A stretch of 64,000 nucleotides of DNA from Candidatus Altimarinota bacterium (lineage in GTDB: Bacteria > Patescibacteriota > Gracilibacteria > 1-14-2-50-48-13). Each line of letters begins with the position of its first letter. Positions within the stretch are counted from its first letter, which is position 1. The translations under genes and the position numbers were made by a program. Positions 28,104 to 38,710 of the stretch are shown piece after piece. Location of the stretch: NCBI GenBank assembly GCA_046314355.1, contig JBKBWQ010000001.1, positions 896,001 to 960,000 of the forward strand, read 5' to 3'. Under the pieces are notes generated by a model. It made no database searches. It was not told the origin of the DNA and was given only the letters and a program-made list of their open reading frames with translations.

Positions 28104-30878
28104 ATGCCAAAAACAAAAACACAAAAAGCCGCTATTGTACTTGCCGTACTTCTAATAACTACGGCAGTTTCTTATGTGGTATCAAATCGAGATCAGTTCG
28201 CCAGTTCACTTCTAAGTCAGGCAGATATTGAAAAAAGTACGAAAGTAGATTGGTCACAAAATACTGCATCCAGCGGATCTCTCATTTTAGAAAAAGAGGC
28301 AGTCATGCAGCAAAGCTGGAATACACTCATCTTAAATAAGATATCTAGTTTTACCCCCGAACAAAAGAACGGTCTTCAGGAGGTCTTAAAAAGTATTCTT
28401 TTTCAAAATAATACTCCCTTCTCAGTCAATCATTCTAGTTCAAGTAACAATGGCTCAACTATTTTAGGTAAAACTTCCAGCGGACAAAGTATCGGAATGC
28501 TTTTTAATAATACGGATAGTCCACAGACATACACTCTGATAAATTCCCCGAAGGAAGTGAAAAGTGTCCTCCTTACAAAACGAACACAAACAGGAGCTCT
28601 CCTTGAAGAAAAAATCCTATCAGCTACAAATTCAGGCGCACTCATTAGTGCCAGCAGCAGTATGCTTGCTACGCCCTTTGAATGGGGTGTAAATGGACAT
28701 CCTCTCGGCACTTACCCATATCTTGATATTAGTATTGATGAACAGCTACAAAAAGTGAGAGATCTCGGTATGGATTGGTACCGCTTTGACTACGCTGGGG
28801 GAGGAAGACCAGGGTGTGATGCGAATTGTCTTGTAAGAGAGCTTATTCAAAAACGAGGTAATCTTAAACTCTCAATACCTATTTTTCCCAACGATCTTGT
28901 CTTTCAGGGAAATAAAATAAGACTTAAAGACGGTATCGTTGTATACCGCCGTGACGATGGTGTGATTATAAAAGAAGATGGCACCCCCTACACTGGCTCA
29001 GAAAATATCAATGAAGGAACCGCCTTAACAAAACCAGATGGTACCGCAGTCTATGCCTATTCCAGAGAACAGGTAAAAGCAAATGCGGCGTGGTATGGAG
29101 AAGCAATTGCCAGTTCATATAAGAGTCAGGTTGCAGTATGGGAAATGAATAATGAGCTCAATGCTTTTACCTTTGCACGCACTCTGTCACTGACAAATTG
29201 GAAGAATCTACCTCCAGAACAGCATGATCCTACAAAAATATGGAATGATCTAGTTACCGGTATATCGCAAGATTATAATTCTGCACTCTACAATGAAGAA
29301 CGCTACCAGCGTGTACTTGCACAGCTTTCAGGTCTCTCAGAAGGTATCAGAAAAGGTGATCCCTCGGCAAGGATTGCAATCAGCAGTGCTGGAGTATCTC
29401 CCTCATTCTTTGAAAAACTTATCGGAGATGGAGTAGATTTTGACATTATCCAGTACCACAACTATGGAAATAAGGATTCTACTGATCTAGAAAAAGAAAT
29501 TATTATCGATGGTCTTAAAAGAGCCAGTAAGTTTGGAAAGGAAATCTATATAGGTGAAGGTAACCGTGCTCACGGCAGCTATACTGCATCCGGCAATGAG
29601 CAAGAAGAGTATCTCAAAGAGATTCTTCCCTTTATCCAGAAATTCTATCCTCTCGTCAGAGGCTACTTCTTTTATGAACTTCTTGATGAGCCATATGCAG
29701 CGGTACCTTGGGAAAAAGAATATGGTCTTTATACAGTGAAAAAAGATCAGAATGAAAAGTTTGTGATTGATCAGAAGAAGGCATTTCTTCCTGCAGTTGA
29801 AAATGTTATGAAAGAGCTCCATCAACATTCTATAAGTAATATTCCTGCGCTTGTATCAGAGATTTCTTCTCTTCCAGAATTAGCAGTACAAGTACATACA
29901 GCCAATTCTGAAAATATGATTTCCATTACTCTCCCTGCCAATAGTACAGCAGTAGTTTCTGACACTTCACTGCTCATCAATCATGTTCAGCTTTTAAAAA
30001 ATTCTTATCAGTATTTTGATTATCTTCTACAAACCTACCCAGAGCTTCAGACATATCTCCTTCCAAAAACTTTAACCGCATCATTTACTCCTGAACTTGA
30101 AAAAGTAACAGTAGTTTCAAATACTAATACGATTACCACTAATACCCCTCTTCCCTCTCAACCGGATGTTTCTCTTCCTCCAATACAGACTATAACTCCA
30201 GCACCTACTCAGATCTTTAATAATTCTTCTGGAGCTTCATATTACAGGGCACCAAGCACTACTAATACGACACCTCTACCTAGTCCTCTTAAGGCGAGTG
30301 CCCCCAAAGAAATTCCATTTAAGGATATTAAAGGACATTTTGCTGAAAGTGCCATTATCAGTCTTTTTGAAAAAGGTATTATTACTGGTCAGACACCAGT
30401 ACTTTTCAATCCGAATGCTCAGCTCAACCGTGCTGAAGCAGCTACCTTGATCACTAAAGCATATTTTAAAGAAAAAAATCCTCAAGAATTTCTGAATTCT
30501 TTTCGCAAACAGCATCCTGCATATACGTACCTTTTCTTTAAAGATGTACTCCTTCAATCATGGTTTGCACCTTATGTAGGTATAATCAAAGAAGAAGGCA
30601 TTATACGAGGTACTTCCCCAACACACTATGAACCTGTGCGAAGCATTACGAGAGCTGAGTATTTAAAAATTGTACTAGAAGCACGGAAAAAATTTATAGA
30701 AGCAAGCACTATCCCTTCAAACCTTCCGCGGGATGTAAAGCCTACCGACTGGTTTGCTCCTTATGTATCTCAAGGTTTTCATCAGGGTATTATCGATCAA
30801 AAATTATTTTTTGAACCTAATAGATTTATTACAAGAGCTGAAGCTGTGAAGATACTCTCTATTGCTTTAAATAAGTAA
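28104..30878 (+). CDS. SLH-anchored glycoside hydrolase (clan GH-A TIM barrel)
   Basis: WGVNGH, WEMNNE (acid/base), YIGEG (nucleophile), YELLDE; Pro/Thr linker; three SLH repeats. Confidence 0.8.
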   Translation: MPKTKTQKAAIVLAVLLITTAVSYVVSNRDQFASSLLSQADIEKSTKVDWSQNTASSGSLILEKEAVMQQSWNTLILNKISSFTPEQKNGLQEVLKSILFQNNTPFSVNHSSSSNNGSTILGKTSSGQSIGMLFNNTDSPQTYTLINSPKEVKSVLLTKRTQTGALLEEKILSATNSGALISASSSMLATPFEWGVNGHPLGTYPYLDISIDEQLQKVRDLGMDWYRFDYAGGGRPGCDANCLVRELIQKRGNLKLSIPIFPNDLVFQGNKIRLKDGIVVYRRDDGVIIKEDGTPYTGSENINEGTALTKPDGTAVYAYSREQVKANAAWYGEAIASSYKSQVAVWEMNNELNAFTFARTLSLTNWKNLPPEQHDPTKIWNDLVTGISQDYNSALYNEERYQRVLAQLSGLSEGIRKGDPSARIAISSAGVSPSFFEKLIGDGVDFDIIQYHNYGNKDSTDLEKEIIIDGLKRASKFGKEIYIGEGNRAHGSYTASGNEQEEYLKEILPFIQKFYPLVRGYFFYELLDEPYAAVPWEKEYGLYTVKKDQNEKFVIDQKKAFLPAVENVMKELHQHSISNIPALVSEISSLPELAVQVHTANSENMISITLPANSTAVVSDTSLLINHVQLLKNSYQYFDYLLQTYPELQTYLLPKTLTASFTPELEKVTVVSNTNTITTNTPLPSQPDVSLPPIQTITPAPTQIFNNSSGASYYRAPSTTNTTPLPSPLKASAPKEIPFKDIKGHFAESAIISLFEKGIITGQTPVLFNPNAQLNRAEAATLITKAYFKEKNPQEFLNSFRKQHPAYTYLFFKDVLLQSWFAPYVGIIKEEGIIRGTSPTHYEPVRSITRAEYLKIVLEARKKFIEASTIPSNLPRDVKPTDWFAPYVSQGFHQGIIDQKLFFEPNRFITRAEAVKILSIALNK

Positions 30879-30949
30879 TCTTCACCGTATTGACATATAA
30901 CGCCTTATTTGTATATTACTTTTGTATACAAAAACAGAAAGGAAACAAA

Positions 30950-31318
30950 ATGATAAAACATTTTAAAAAAACAGCAGTTGTTTTACTGACATTGATACCA
31001 GTGTCATGCTCACCTCCTAAGGTAGTAGATATCTCAATTGCACCTGCTGCAGTTAGATTAGAAAAGATCAAAGATATTACCGAAAAAAGTGCTATTGTCT
31101 CATGGATCAGTAATACTAAAGAAATAACTTATGACGTGCTTGTGTCTCCAAATGCAAGCCAACTGCAAGTCGTATATAGTGGCATTAAGAGTACAAATGT
31201 TACTATTAACAATCTTAATAAAGGAACTACTTATTATTTCACAGTAGTTGGCAGGACTGCATTAGGGTCAACTATTACAGCTCAAAACGGACCGCTAAGT
31301 TTTACAACCGCACCATAA
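30950..31318 (+). CDS. FN3-domain lipoprotein
   Basis: Lipobox-like IPVSC; VSW ... LNKGTTYYFTV. Confidence 0.75.
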   Translation: MIKHFKKTAVVLLTLIPVSCSPPKVVDISIAPAAVRLEKIKDITEKSAIVSWISNTKEITYDVLVSPNASQLQVVYSGIKSTNVTINNLNKGTTYYFTVVGRTALGSTITAQNGPLSFTTAP

Positions 31319-31333
31319 CAAAAAATTTAAACT

Positions 31334-31363
31334 GAGCTTCTAAAAATCTTTAGAAGCTCTTTT
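31334..31363 (+). terminator. Intrinsic terminator
   Basis: GAGCTTCTAAA ... TTTAGAAGCTC followed by T run. Confidence 0.7.
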
Positions 31364-31436
31364 ATTATATATGTGTATAATTTGTTATTTAAAGCATTCT
31401 ATTGTATAATATCATATTAACCTTATTTATTCTTCA

Positions 31437-32198
31437 ATGCCCCTCCCAGAAGAATACCAAAATACGGAATACAATATCTCCGATAGAAGCGAGAGGTTTA
31501 TGCTTGGGACAGGTATCATACTGGCTCTTTTTATTGGAGTCGGTGTAGGATTGATGCTATATAATCCTCTAGGTATCGGTATGCTGACCGGATTTATTGC
31601 AAAGGATAACTCATGTAGAGCAGAAAGTACTGAGCTCCTTAAAGAACAGGAAGTGTTTATTACTGCACAGGATACTGTCTCTCAGACTCAAGACAAATTA
31701 AATGCACTTACTCAAAAAATAGACAGTGCCTGGAATAATTCTCAAAAAAATACTCTGCAGGGAAAATCAAATAAGGAAGATCTTCTTTTACTGCAGGATT
31801 ATTACAGACAAAAGACTTCTCTGGAGAAAAATCTTTTCTCCGCAAAAGAGAGTGTTTATGATTCAAAGAACGATCTCTCACAAGCACAGGAAAATATAAA
31901 ACGCTGTATAGATATGTCTGCCGCAACAGCTCGAACAACCTCTCTTGAACAAGTGGCATCTCATGCTGTATCAGTAAATGATACAAACACACTCCAGAGT
32001 AATCTTTTAGGCAGTAAATCAACTACATCTTCAGTAACTCATTCTTCAGCAAAACCTCAGATCACATGTAAGGTGCCAGGATCAGTAAAAAGCTGCGCAC
32101 CACTTACTCAAAATGGAAAAACTTGTAAAGCATATCAGGAATGCGGGACTGATCTTATACTTAGCGGCTGTAAGGTAAGTCCCGTGACATGTCAGTAG
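31437..32198 (+). CDS. Membrane-anchored coiled-coil protein with Cys-rich C-terminus
   Basis: N-terminal TM, heptad-rich middle, six Cys at the C-terminus. Confidence 0.7.
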   Translation: MPLPEEYQNTEYNISDRSERFMLGTGIILALFIGVGVGLMLYNPLGIGMLTGFIAKDNSCRAESTELLKEQEVFITAQDTVSQTQDKLNALTQKIDSAWNNSQKNTLQGKSNKEDLLLLQDYYRQKTSLEKNLFSAKESVYDSKNDLSQAQENIKRCIDMSAATARTTSLEQVASHAVSVNDTNTLQSNLLGSKSTTSSVTHSSAKPQITCKVPGSVKSCAPLTQNGKTCKAYQECGTDLILSGCKVSPVTCQ

Positions 32199-35100
32199 TC
32201 TTTCACCTCCACAGCACTTCCCGTCTCATACACTACTCCAGTATCCATATCCTGAAATCTCAGAGGATATCTTCCCTTCTCAGCATTCTTTAGATCAAAG
32301 ATACATCTAGCTTCAGCTACAGACACACCGCAAAGGCTACTTTGAATACTGGATCCAAGACTTGCTTTCATGGACTTTGGAAAATTTGTTCCAGAGATCA
32401 TTAATGTATTTGCAGCAGCTGTAAGTACTGTCGGAGTGACCTTTGTAATCACAGGCTGTACAAAATTCAGTCTCTTTTTAATCTCAAAAGCATTTAAAAG
32501 CGTAGTGTGCTTTCCTTCAGTATTTTCAACATCAATAGTATATAAGCCTTCTTTAAAATCACGAGGAATTACAAAGTATGCTTCTAGTTCATCTGCATTT
32601 ATTATCTTGATACTTGATGAACTAAGAGTTCCTATCTTTACTTTCCTTATCGTATTCATTCCTTTTCCAAGAATTTTCACAGCAACAGTATCACCCTGAG
32701 AAGCAAAGGAAGGAGCAAATCGCGAAATTACAACATTTCTCTGAAGTAGAGATCCAGTATTTATAACCATTGGCAGTGGATCAGATGCTATTTCTACACC
32801 ATTCATATCCACAAGGTGAACAATATACGTCCCATTATCTGGAAGAAGAATACTTGAAGAAATATTGTTTCCAGAAATTGTAGTAGAGAAAAGAGCACTA
32901 AAACTATCTGAGGAAATCTCCAGCTGGTAATTCCCAGACAATGTACCTCCCGAATATATATAATTTACAGTACTTATATTCCTTGCAGCTGGAAGCTTCC
33001 CTGTTCTGCTTATCGATGGTAGCGTCGCAGGATCAGCAATTCTGATTGTCCCTATTTCAAAGCTTCTTTCAGCTGTCCTGATTTCAACAATGTATTCTCC
33101 TAGTGCTGATATTACTGGGGACTTAACCGTGAGCGCAGTAATGTCAGCATTTAGATTTCTTCTAGTTTGGAAAATCTCAAGAGCGATAAGGATTTTTTCT
33201 TTTTTGAGATAGATCTTTGAGTTTTCAGGAATATTTTCTCCTGTAACCGTAATAAATCCACTTACTCCAGCAGGCAGCACAGAGCGTGAAAAATGTATGT
33301 TCTCAGGAGCGGTAATACTCTTTACCTCAATAGTACCAGGTATTTTCAGAAATGCTCCTTGTGAAAGATCTTCTAAGGTAGCGTTCATCATTCCAGCGGC
33401 AGAGAAAGTCACAGGAATATGCATCTCATTTGGACTGATGATTTCTATTCCGTCTCTAAAAATGTCATCTCCTACATGAAGAGCATACTCATGATACGGA
33501 CTAAATCCTGTGCCGTGGACTGTGAGAATAGTTTTTTTATTCTGCGTGAGAAGCATAGGACTTACATCTTTGACCGTTAGATTATCTATCCGCTGAATAT
33601 CTACACTAAAGAGGTCAGGCAAAGAATAGTATCCGGCGACATTGTCACCTATCTGCACTTCATAGATTCCTTCAGAAAAATACAGAGGAAGAGTAAATTC
33701 AAAGGATTTTATATCTTTTCTTAAGAGAGAGATCTCGTAAGGATCAGATACAGCAGTTCTAGAGATGAACCTTATCTTGGGACTCTCTTTAAAGTCTGGA
33801 AGATCTGAGTACTGTACGGTGAATATTCTTTGCTCATTTACAGTACGGTTTAATACGACTGCAGCTGTACCTTGCCCGCTTGCCTTCACCACTTTATTGA
33901 GAACTACAGGCAAAGCAATATTTGCATGAGCATTATTATTTCTATAAATATTGTATCCCGCGTATGGCTGAATACTTTTTATATTCGTAAGTCCTGTAAA
34001 TATTTTTGTACCTACTCCCGAAGAAGATTGGAAGATAACCGCAGGAGTACATCCTTCCGGAGCATCAATACATAGAGGAATATCCCTGTTTTCTATATCC
34101 TTCGCCTTTGGAAGACTTCCAAGAACAGTGGCACTTGTACTCCCGGAACTTATCATTAATGCCTGATCTTCATTTCTTACAAGTACCGATAAGCTCTTTT
34201 TAGAATCCATCAGACCGAGCATTGGTCCAAATGATGTATGACCAGTGGTATTAGATACCTGTGCAATAAATTTACCACTAGTTTCCAAGAACATGATCTT
34301 ACTCTGAATCTGCAAAGGACTGAATCCATTAATAGCAATAGCAAGCATACGTTCATCCAAAATTCTGAGCGCTCCACCCGCAGGGACAAGTCCGCTGAAT
34401 TCCTGATCTCCCTGTGCATATACAGTTCCAGCAGCATTCAAAAGATAGAGACCAATTTTTGGACTTTTATCCTCTCCTTGATACTGCGTTAGTACTAAGA
34501 TTTCAAGCTTACCATCTTTATTAAGATCACTCATTTGTAATTCCATTACCTTACCTCTTACCTGTCTTGGCCAGCCTGATATGGATTTTCCCTGCAGTGA
34601 GAACCCATAGATTATCCCGAGATCATCACCAAAGAATATTTCCTGACTCCCATCTCCATTAGTATCTCCGATCGCAGCACTACGGAGACCGTTATATGTA
34701 CTCGTATATGGCCATCCTGTAAGAAAGACACCTTGTGAATCAAACATTCCGATATTACCTCCAATATTTTTTGAAATCAGGAAAAACTCTGCATTTCCAT
34801 CATTATCCCTATCAAGCGCACTGAGGTAGCCACCACCTTTATTTACTTCTTTTCCATCTAAAGGCGATATAGTATTTCCATTTATGTCCCAAGCATGTAT
34901 TTTTCCCTGTTCATCTAAAAGCACAAATGCTGGTACCTTTTGTCCCTGAGTATTTTTTATAGATACAAAAAGCGGTGCCTGAGAAATATAATTTGTAATT
35001 TTTTTCGGCCATCCAGGAAGTTTTTCTCCCTTCGCATTCAGGAGATATACTTCAGAGTGATTCGCAAATACCATAATCTTTTCTTTTTGTATTCCATACT

Positions 35101-37906
35101 CAATAATATAGCCATTTTCTGGAACATTCTTACAAGAGAAGTTTACACTGCAGGATTTACTCCCATCCGAAAAAGTAAAAGCAGAATTCGTACCGCTGAC
35201 TTTTCGTTTTATTTCCTTCTTCATCAGTAAGCCTGAAGTAGTAGTAAAGTTAAGATGAAAAGTCACTGTATCCCCTATTTTTACTTTATTGCTCGCATCA
35301 AAATGTATTACAAATCCTTGAGTAGAGATTACAGTAGAAATGCCGTCATTTTTTTCTTCACTGCCCGTACTCCATGTGACATCTATCTTTGAGATAGGTA
35401 AAGCCGATGTGCCGCTCAGCATAGTTACCCCCGAAGAGGTCATGGCTGTATCGTTTTCTCTTAGAGCAATGTTTTCTATAGTATATGAAGCCTCACTCTT
35501 TAATATTGCTCCATCAGTCAGTGAAGCCTCAAGAGAAAGTTTTACAGGACCATCAAGTACTTTCTTTGTGTCAAATGAAGTAAGCTTCAATGTAGGTGAG
35601 ACAGCCTTCCCTTCTGCGAGTACAGAAGTCATCCCGCCCGCTGTAAGAAATAACCGCCATGAAGATACAGTACGTTCTGTTGCAAATGCAGCAGTGATAT
35701 CCTGTACACCCGAGAGTGTACTTTCTTTTTCAGGACTAACTAAACTTACAAACCCGCTCTGTTCAAGAATACCTGGAGCTATCTCAAGTGCCTTCCTTGC
35801 ATCAAGTCTTCCTGTACCGGTTTGAATATCAAATCCAGGTGTATCAATATCCTGAGCTGAGAGTCTTAGTATACTTCGTACAGTCTCGGGCTGAAGCGAA
35901 GGATACTTTGATAGGAGAAGTGATACCGTTCCTGTGACGTATCCTGCAGCCATCGATGTTCCTTGTAGGACCGCGTATTTTTTTCCCTCGAGGGTTGGAG
36001 TATATGGTGTAGACAAAAACACCTGAGACTGCATATTCCCAAGCTTTCCTAGATACCCGTCTGGGGCAAATGTAGACAAAATATCTGCACCTGGAGCGCT
36101 AATATCTATCTTCTTTCCAAAATTTGAAAAGATCTCAGCGGGAGTATCGTACGGCTCCGTCGCAGCAACCGCCATTGTATATGGATAATTCGCTGGCGAT
36201 ACATCTGTAATGTCTATAGCCTGATTTCCTGCTGCACTGATGATACTGACTCCTTTTTGATATGCGTAGAGTAGCATTTGCTCATCGTAGGACATTTTGC
36301 CTGAAGCAGACTTTGTACTTTCTCCAGCAAGACTTAAGTTTATTATTTTTGCACCGCTATCCGCTGCATACTTTATAGCTTTTGCTGTAGTAAGTGAATT
36401 TCCTGCCCCCTCTTCATCAAATACTTTCAGGATCATTAATTTAGACTTCGTATTTACACCTGCTATCCCCACAGCATTATCGCTTTCCGCACCAATGATT
36501 CCTGCAATATGTGTACCATGACCGTTTTCATCCTGAATATTATTATTGTTATCAATAAAGTTCCATCCGTCCACATCATCAATAAATCCGTTCTGATCAT
36601 CATCAATACCGTTATTTGGTATATCTTTTGTATTATGCCATATTCTGTTTTTAAGTTCAGGATGATTCTTTTCTATACCCGTATCAATAATGGCAACAAT
36701 TAGTTCCGGAGATCCAGTGGTGTTTTCCCATGCGGCAGGTGCATTGATTTTTTTCAGTCCCCACTGATCATCATATCCATTATAGCTCCACCATGTCCCC
36801 TTCGAATGGATATAGGGATCATTTGTAAGAACAAGAGGAGTCTGATTGGTATTTACAGAGGCATTTAAGACACTTGGAAGATTCAGGAGTTCAAATACAA
36901 ACGCACTTGTATCTGTACCGGCTGCAGCATGAATTTCAAACATTGTTCCAGAACCAAATCCTGAATTCTGAATAGAAGTTAGGCTTCGCACCTGATATTT
37001 TTGAAAAATCGTCAGCAGACTAGGATCCATTTTCTGTTTAAGATCTTCAAAGGATACTGTTTTTTTGATTGAAAAAGCAGCTGTTGAGATATTTCCTGAA
37101 GCAAGCTCAACAACGACTTTTTCTTCTACTGCAGGACCTTGTATCAGCGATGCACCTCCTAGAGTAAAAAGTGTATACGCGTCAGCAATAGGTCTAGATA
37201 CTGCAGATAGACTTGAAGGCAGCTGTCCGCTTCTTTGAGTAATCTTTACAGGCAGAAGTGCAAACTCTGTATTTGCAAACTGCAGCTGATATATAAGATA
37301 AGCTGCCTCTGCACGTGTAAGCGCCTGTCCTGGTAATGATTCTCTAGATGATGTAAGCAGCTGATCTATGATATGATATTTCATTGCAGCATTTATATAT
37401 GGACCATACCAGCTTTTTTCATCAGCATCTTTCACCTGCAGTGATCCTGTTGAATCAAAAGAGTATGCATCCATATCAAGCTTAAGACGAAGCAGCATCT
37501 TTAATGCCTCTGCTCTATTTACACTTGCTTCTGGTCTAAATTTTCCATCATCATATCCTCTCGCAATATTACTTACGACAGCGGTCTCCACATAAGGAGC
37601 ATACCAGGCATTTTTATCGGTATCAGGGAACGGAATACTTTTTCCATCTCCGAGTTTTAGATTAGTCGCCGCAACAAGCAGCTTTAGAAATTCAGCACGG
37701 TTCACCTCCTTATTAGGCTGAAATGTACCATCAGCATACCCTTTTATAATACCCTTGTCAGAAAGAGTATTGATATAATTTACTCCCCAGAAGTTGGAAG
37801 CCACATCCTTGTATGCCGCGAGACTCTGAAAAGTAGTAGGAAAACTTATACAGAAAAGAAGAGAAATAACAGCAATCGAAGCAACTTTAGGAAGGCGGAG
37901 GTTCAT
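32192..37906 (-). CDS. SLH-anchored S8 subtilisin-like protease with FG-GAP and IPT/TIG-like domains
   Basis: N-terminal SLH x3; IIDTG, HGTHIAG, GTSMAA triad; DTNGDG/DLNKDG repeats, GWP motifs. Confidence 0.9.
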   Translation of the reverse strand: MNLRLPKVASIAVISLLFCISFPTTFQSLAAYKDVASNFWGVNYINTLSDKGIIKGYADGTFQPNKEVNRAEFLKLLVAATNLKLGDGKSIPFPDTDKNAWYAPYVETAVVSNIARGYDDGKFRPEASVNRAEALKMLLRLKLDMDAYSFDSTGSLQVKDADEKSWYGPYINAAMKYHIIDQLLTSSRESLPGQALTRAEAAYLIYQLQFANTEFALLPVKITQRSGQLPSSLSAVSRPIADAYTLFTLGGASLIQGPAVEEKVVVELASGNISTAAFSIKKTVSFEDLKQKMDPSLLTIFQKYQVRSLTSIQNSGFGSGTMFEIHAAAGTDTSAFVFELLNLPSVLNASVNTNQTPLVLTNDPYIHSKGTWWSYNGYDDQWGLKKINAPAAWENTTGSPELIVAIIDTGIEKNHPELKNRIWHNTKDIPNNGIDDDQNGFIDDVDGWNFIDNNNNIQDENGHGTHIAGIIGAESDNAVGIAGVNTKSKLMILKVFDEEGAGNSLTTAKAIKYAADSGAKIINLSLAGESTKSASGKMSYDEQMLLYAYQKGVSIISAAGNQAIDITDVSPANYPYTMAVAATEPYDTPAEIFSNFGKKIDISAPGADILSTFAPDGYLGKLGNMQSQVFLSTPYTPTLEGKKYAVLQGTSMAAGYVTGTVSLLLSKYPSLQPETVRSILRLSAQDIDTPGFDIQTGTGRLDARKALEIAPGILEQSGFVSLVSPEKESTLSGVQDITAAFATERTVSSWRLFLTAGGMTSVLAEGKAVSPTLKLTSFDTKKVLDGPVKLSLEASLTDGAILKSEASYTIENIALRENDTAMTSSGVTMLSGTSALPISKIDVTWSTGSEEKNDGISTVISTQGFVIHFDASNKVKIGDTVTFHLNFTTTSGLLMKKEIKRKVSGTNSAFTFSDGSKSCSVNFSCKNVPENGYIIEYGIQKEKIMVFANHSEVYLLNAKGEKLPGWPKKITNYISQAPLFVSIKNTQGQKVPAFVLLDEQGKIHAWDINGNTISPLDGKEVNKGGGYLSALDRDNDGNAEFFLISKNIGGNIGMFDSQGVFLTGWPYTSTYNGLRSAAIGDTNGDGSQEIFFGDDLGIIYGFSLQGKSISGWPRQVRGKVMELQMSDLNKDGKLEILVLTQYQGEDKSPKIGLYLLNAAGTVYAQGDQEFSGLVPAGGALRILDERMLAIAINGFSPLQIQSKIMFLETSGKFIAQVSNTTGHTSFGPMLGLMDSKKSLSVLVRNEDQALMISSGSTSATVLGSLPKAKDIENRDIPLCIDAPEGCTPAVIFQSSSGVGTKIFTGLTNIKSIQPYAGYNIYRNNNAHANIALPVVLNKVVKASGQGTAAVVLNRTVNEQRIFTVQYSDLPDFKESPKIRFISRTAVSDPYEISLLRKDIKSFEFTLPLYFSEGIYEVQIGDNVAGYYSLPDLFSVDIQRIDNLTVKDVSPMLLTQNKKTILTVHGTGFSPYHEYALHVGDDIFRDGIEIISPNEMHIPVTFSAAGMMNATLEDLSQGAFLKIPGTIEVKSITAPENIHFSRSVLPAGVSGFITVTGENIPENSKIYLKKEKILIALEIFQTRRNLNADITALTVKSPVISALGEYIVEIRTAERSFEIGTIRIADPATLPSISRTGKLPAARNISTVNYIYSGGTLSGNYQLEISSDSFSALFSTTISGNNISSSILLPDNGTYIVHLVDMNGVEIASDPLPMVINTGSLLQRNVVISRFAPSFASQGDTVAVKILGKGMNTIRKVKIGTLSSSSIKIINADELEAYFVIPRDFKEGLYTIDVENTEGKHTTLLNAFEIKKRLNFVQPVITKVTPTVLTAAANTLMISGTNFPKSMKASLGSSIQSSLCGVSVAEARCIFDLKNAEKGRYPLRFQDMDTGVVYETGSAVEVKDY

Positions 37907-38058
37907 ACCAAAAAAGTAACAGTAAAATTACTAACAGTATGCTCTTAATCCTTAAAAAATACAGGAAATAAACATGACAGAAACAGGAAGAATGAGAGAG
38001 TGACATCTAGTAGCTTGATACAGCACAAATATGTACGCTAATTACATAACACGTCTCG

Positions 38059-38086
38059 TTGACATATAACTATACACATATATAAT
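38059..38086 (+). promoter_or_regulatory. Sigma70 promoter TTGACA-16-TATAAT of the XRE gene
   Basis: Consensus hexamers seen directly. Confidence 0.7.
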
Positions 38087-38113
38087 ATCAAAAAATATTA
38101 ACTTTTTTACATT

Positions 38114-38596
38114 ATGCCGTTTAGCTATAGTTCTTTTGGAGGGAATGATTCCTATTCTCCACTTAATTTAGAAAAATTTCTTTTAAACGAAAGTAATGCA
38201 GTAGAAGATTTGAAAGATAAGGAGGTCAATGTTCAATCAATTGAAAATCTCGCCTTTAATGAAATTATAAAAGCAGTAAGAAAAGCTAAGAAAATAACGC
38301 AACATGATTTAGCAATACAAGTGGATGTACATCAAAGTTTCATTGCTCATATAGAACAAGGTAAAAATTTTCCTAGTGATGATCTTACAATATTACTTGC
38401 TCAAACCTTGAAGATTCCACAAGATATACTTTTAGAAAAAGTTGAATATCAACGAGAGATCTTTGATGCGACACAGCTTGTAAGAAAATTATTAAAGAAG
38501 AAACATATTGATATTGACACATTATTAAATACTATTAAAAAAGAAATTAGTGAAGAAAAAACCCAGCAAGTAAGTACTAAGATTACTTTTAAATAG
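38114..38596 (+). CDS. XRE family HTH regulator
   Basis: IKAVRKAKKITQHDLA ... QSFIAHIEQGKNFPS. Confidence 0.8.
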   Translation: MPFSYSSFGGNDSYSPLNLEKFLLNESNAVEDLKDKEVNVQSIENLAFNEIIKAVRKAKKITQHDLAIQVDVHQSFIAHIEQGKNFPSDDLTILLAQTLKIPQDILLEKVEYQREIFDATQLVRKLLKKKHIDIDTLLNTIKKEISEEKTQQVSTKITFK

Positions 38597-38640
38597 TCTG
38601 ATGTGCTTTTAAAGATTTTTCAGATATTTCTTTAGCAAAA

Positions 38641-38703
38641 TCATCACTACAACTAAAAAGAATATAGTTAATAATACTATATTCTTTTTAGTTGTAGTGA
38701 TGA
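38641..38703. repeat. Perfect 28-bp inverted repeat with 7-nt loop
   Basis: TCATCACTACAACTAAAAAGAATATAGT-taataat-ACTATATTCTTTTTAGTTGTAGTGATGA. Confidence 0.9.
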
Positions 38704-38710
38704 CTTCCGA

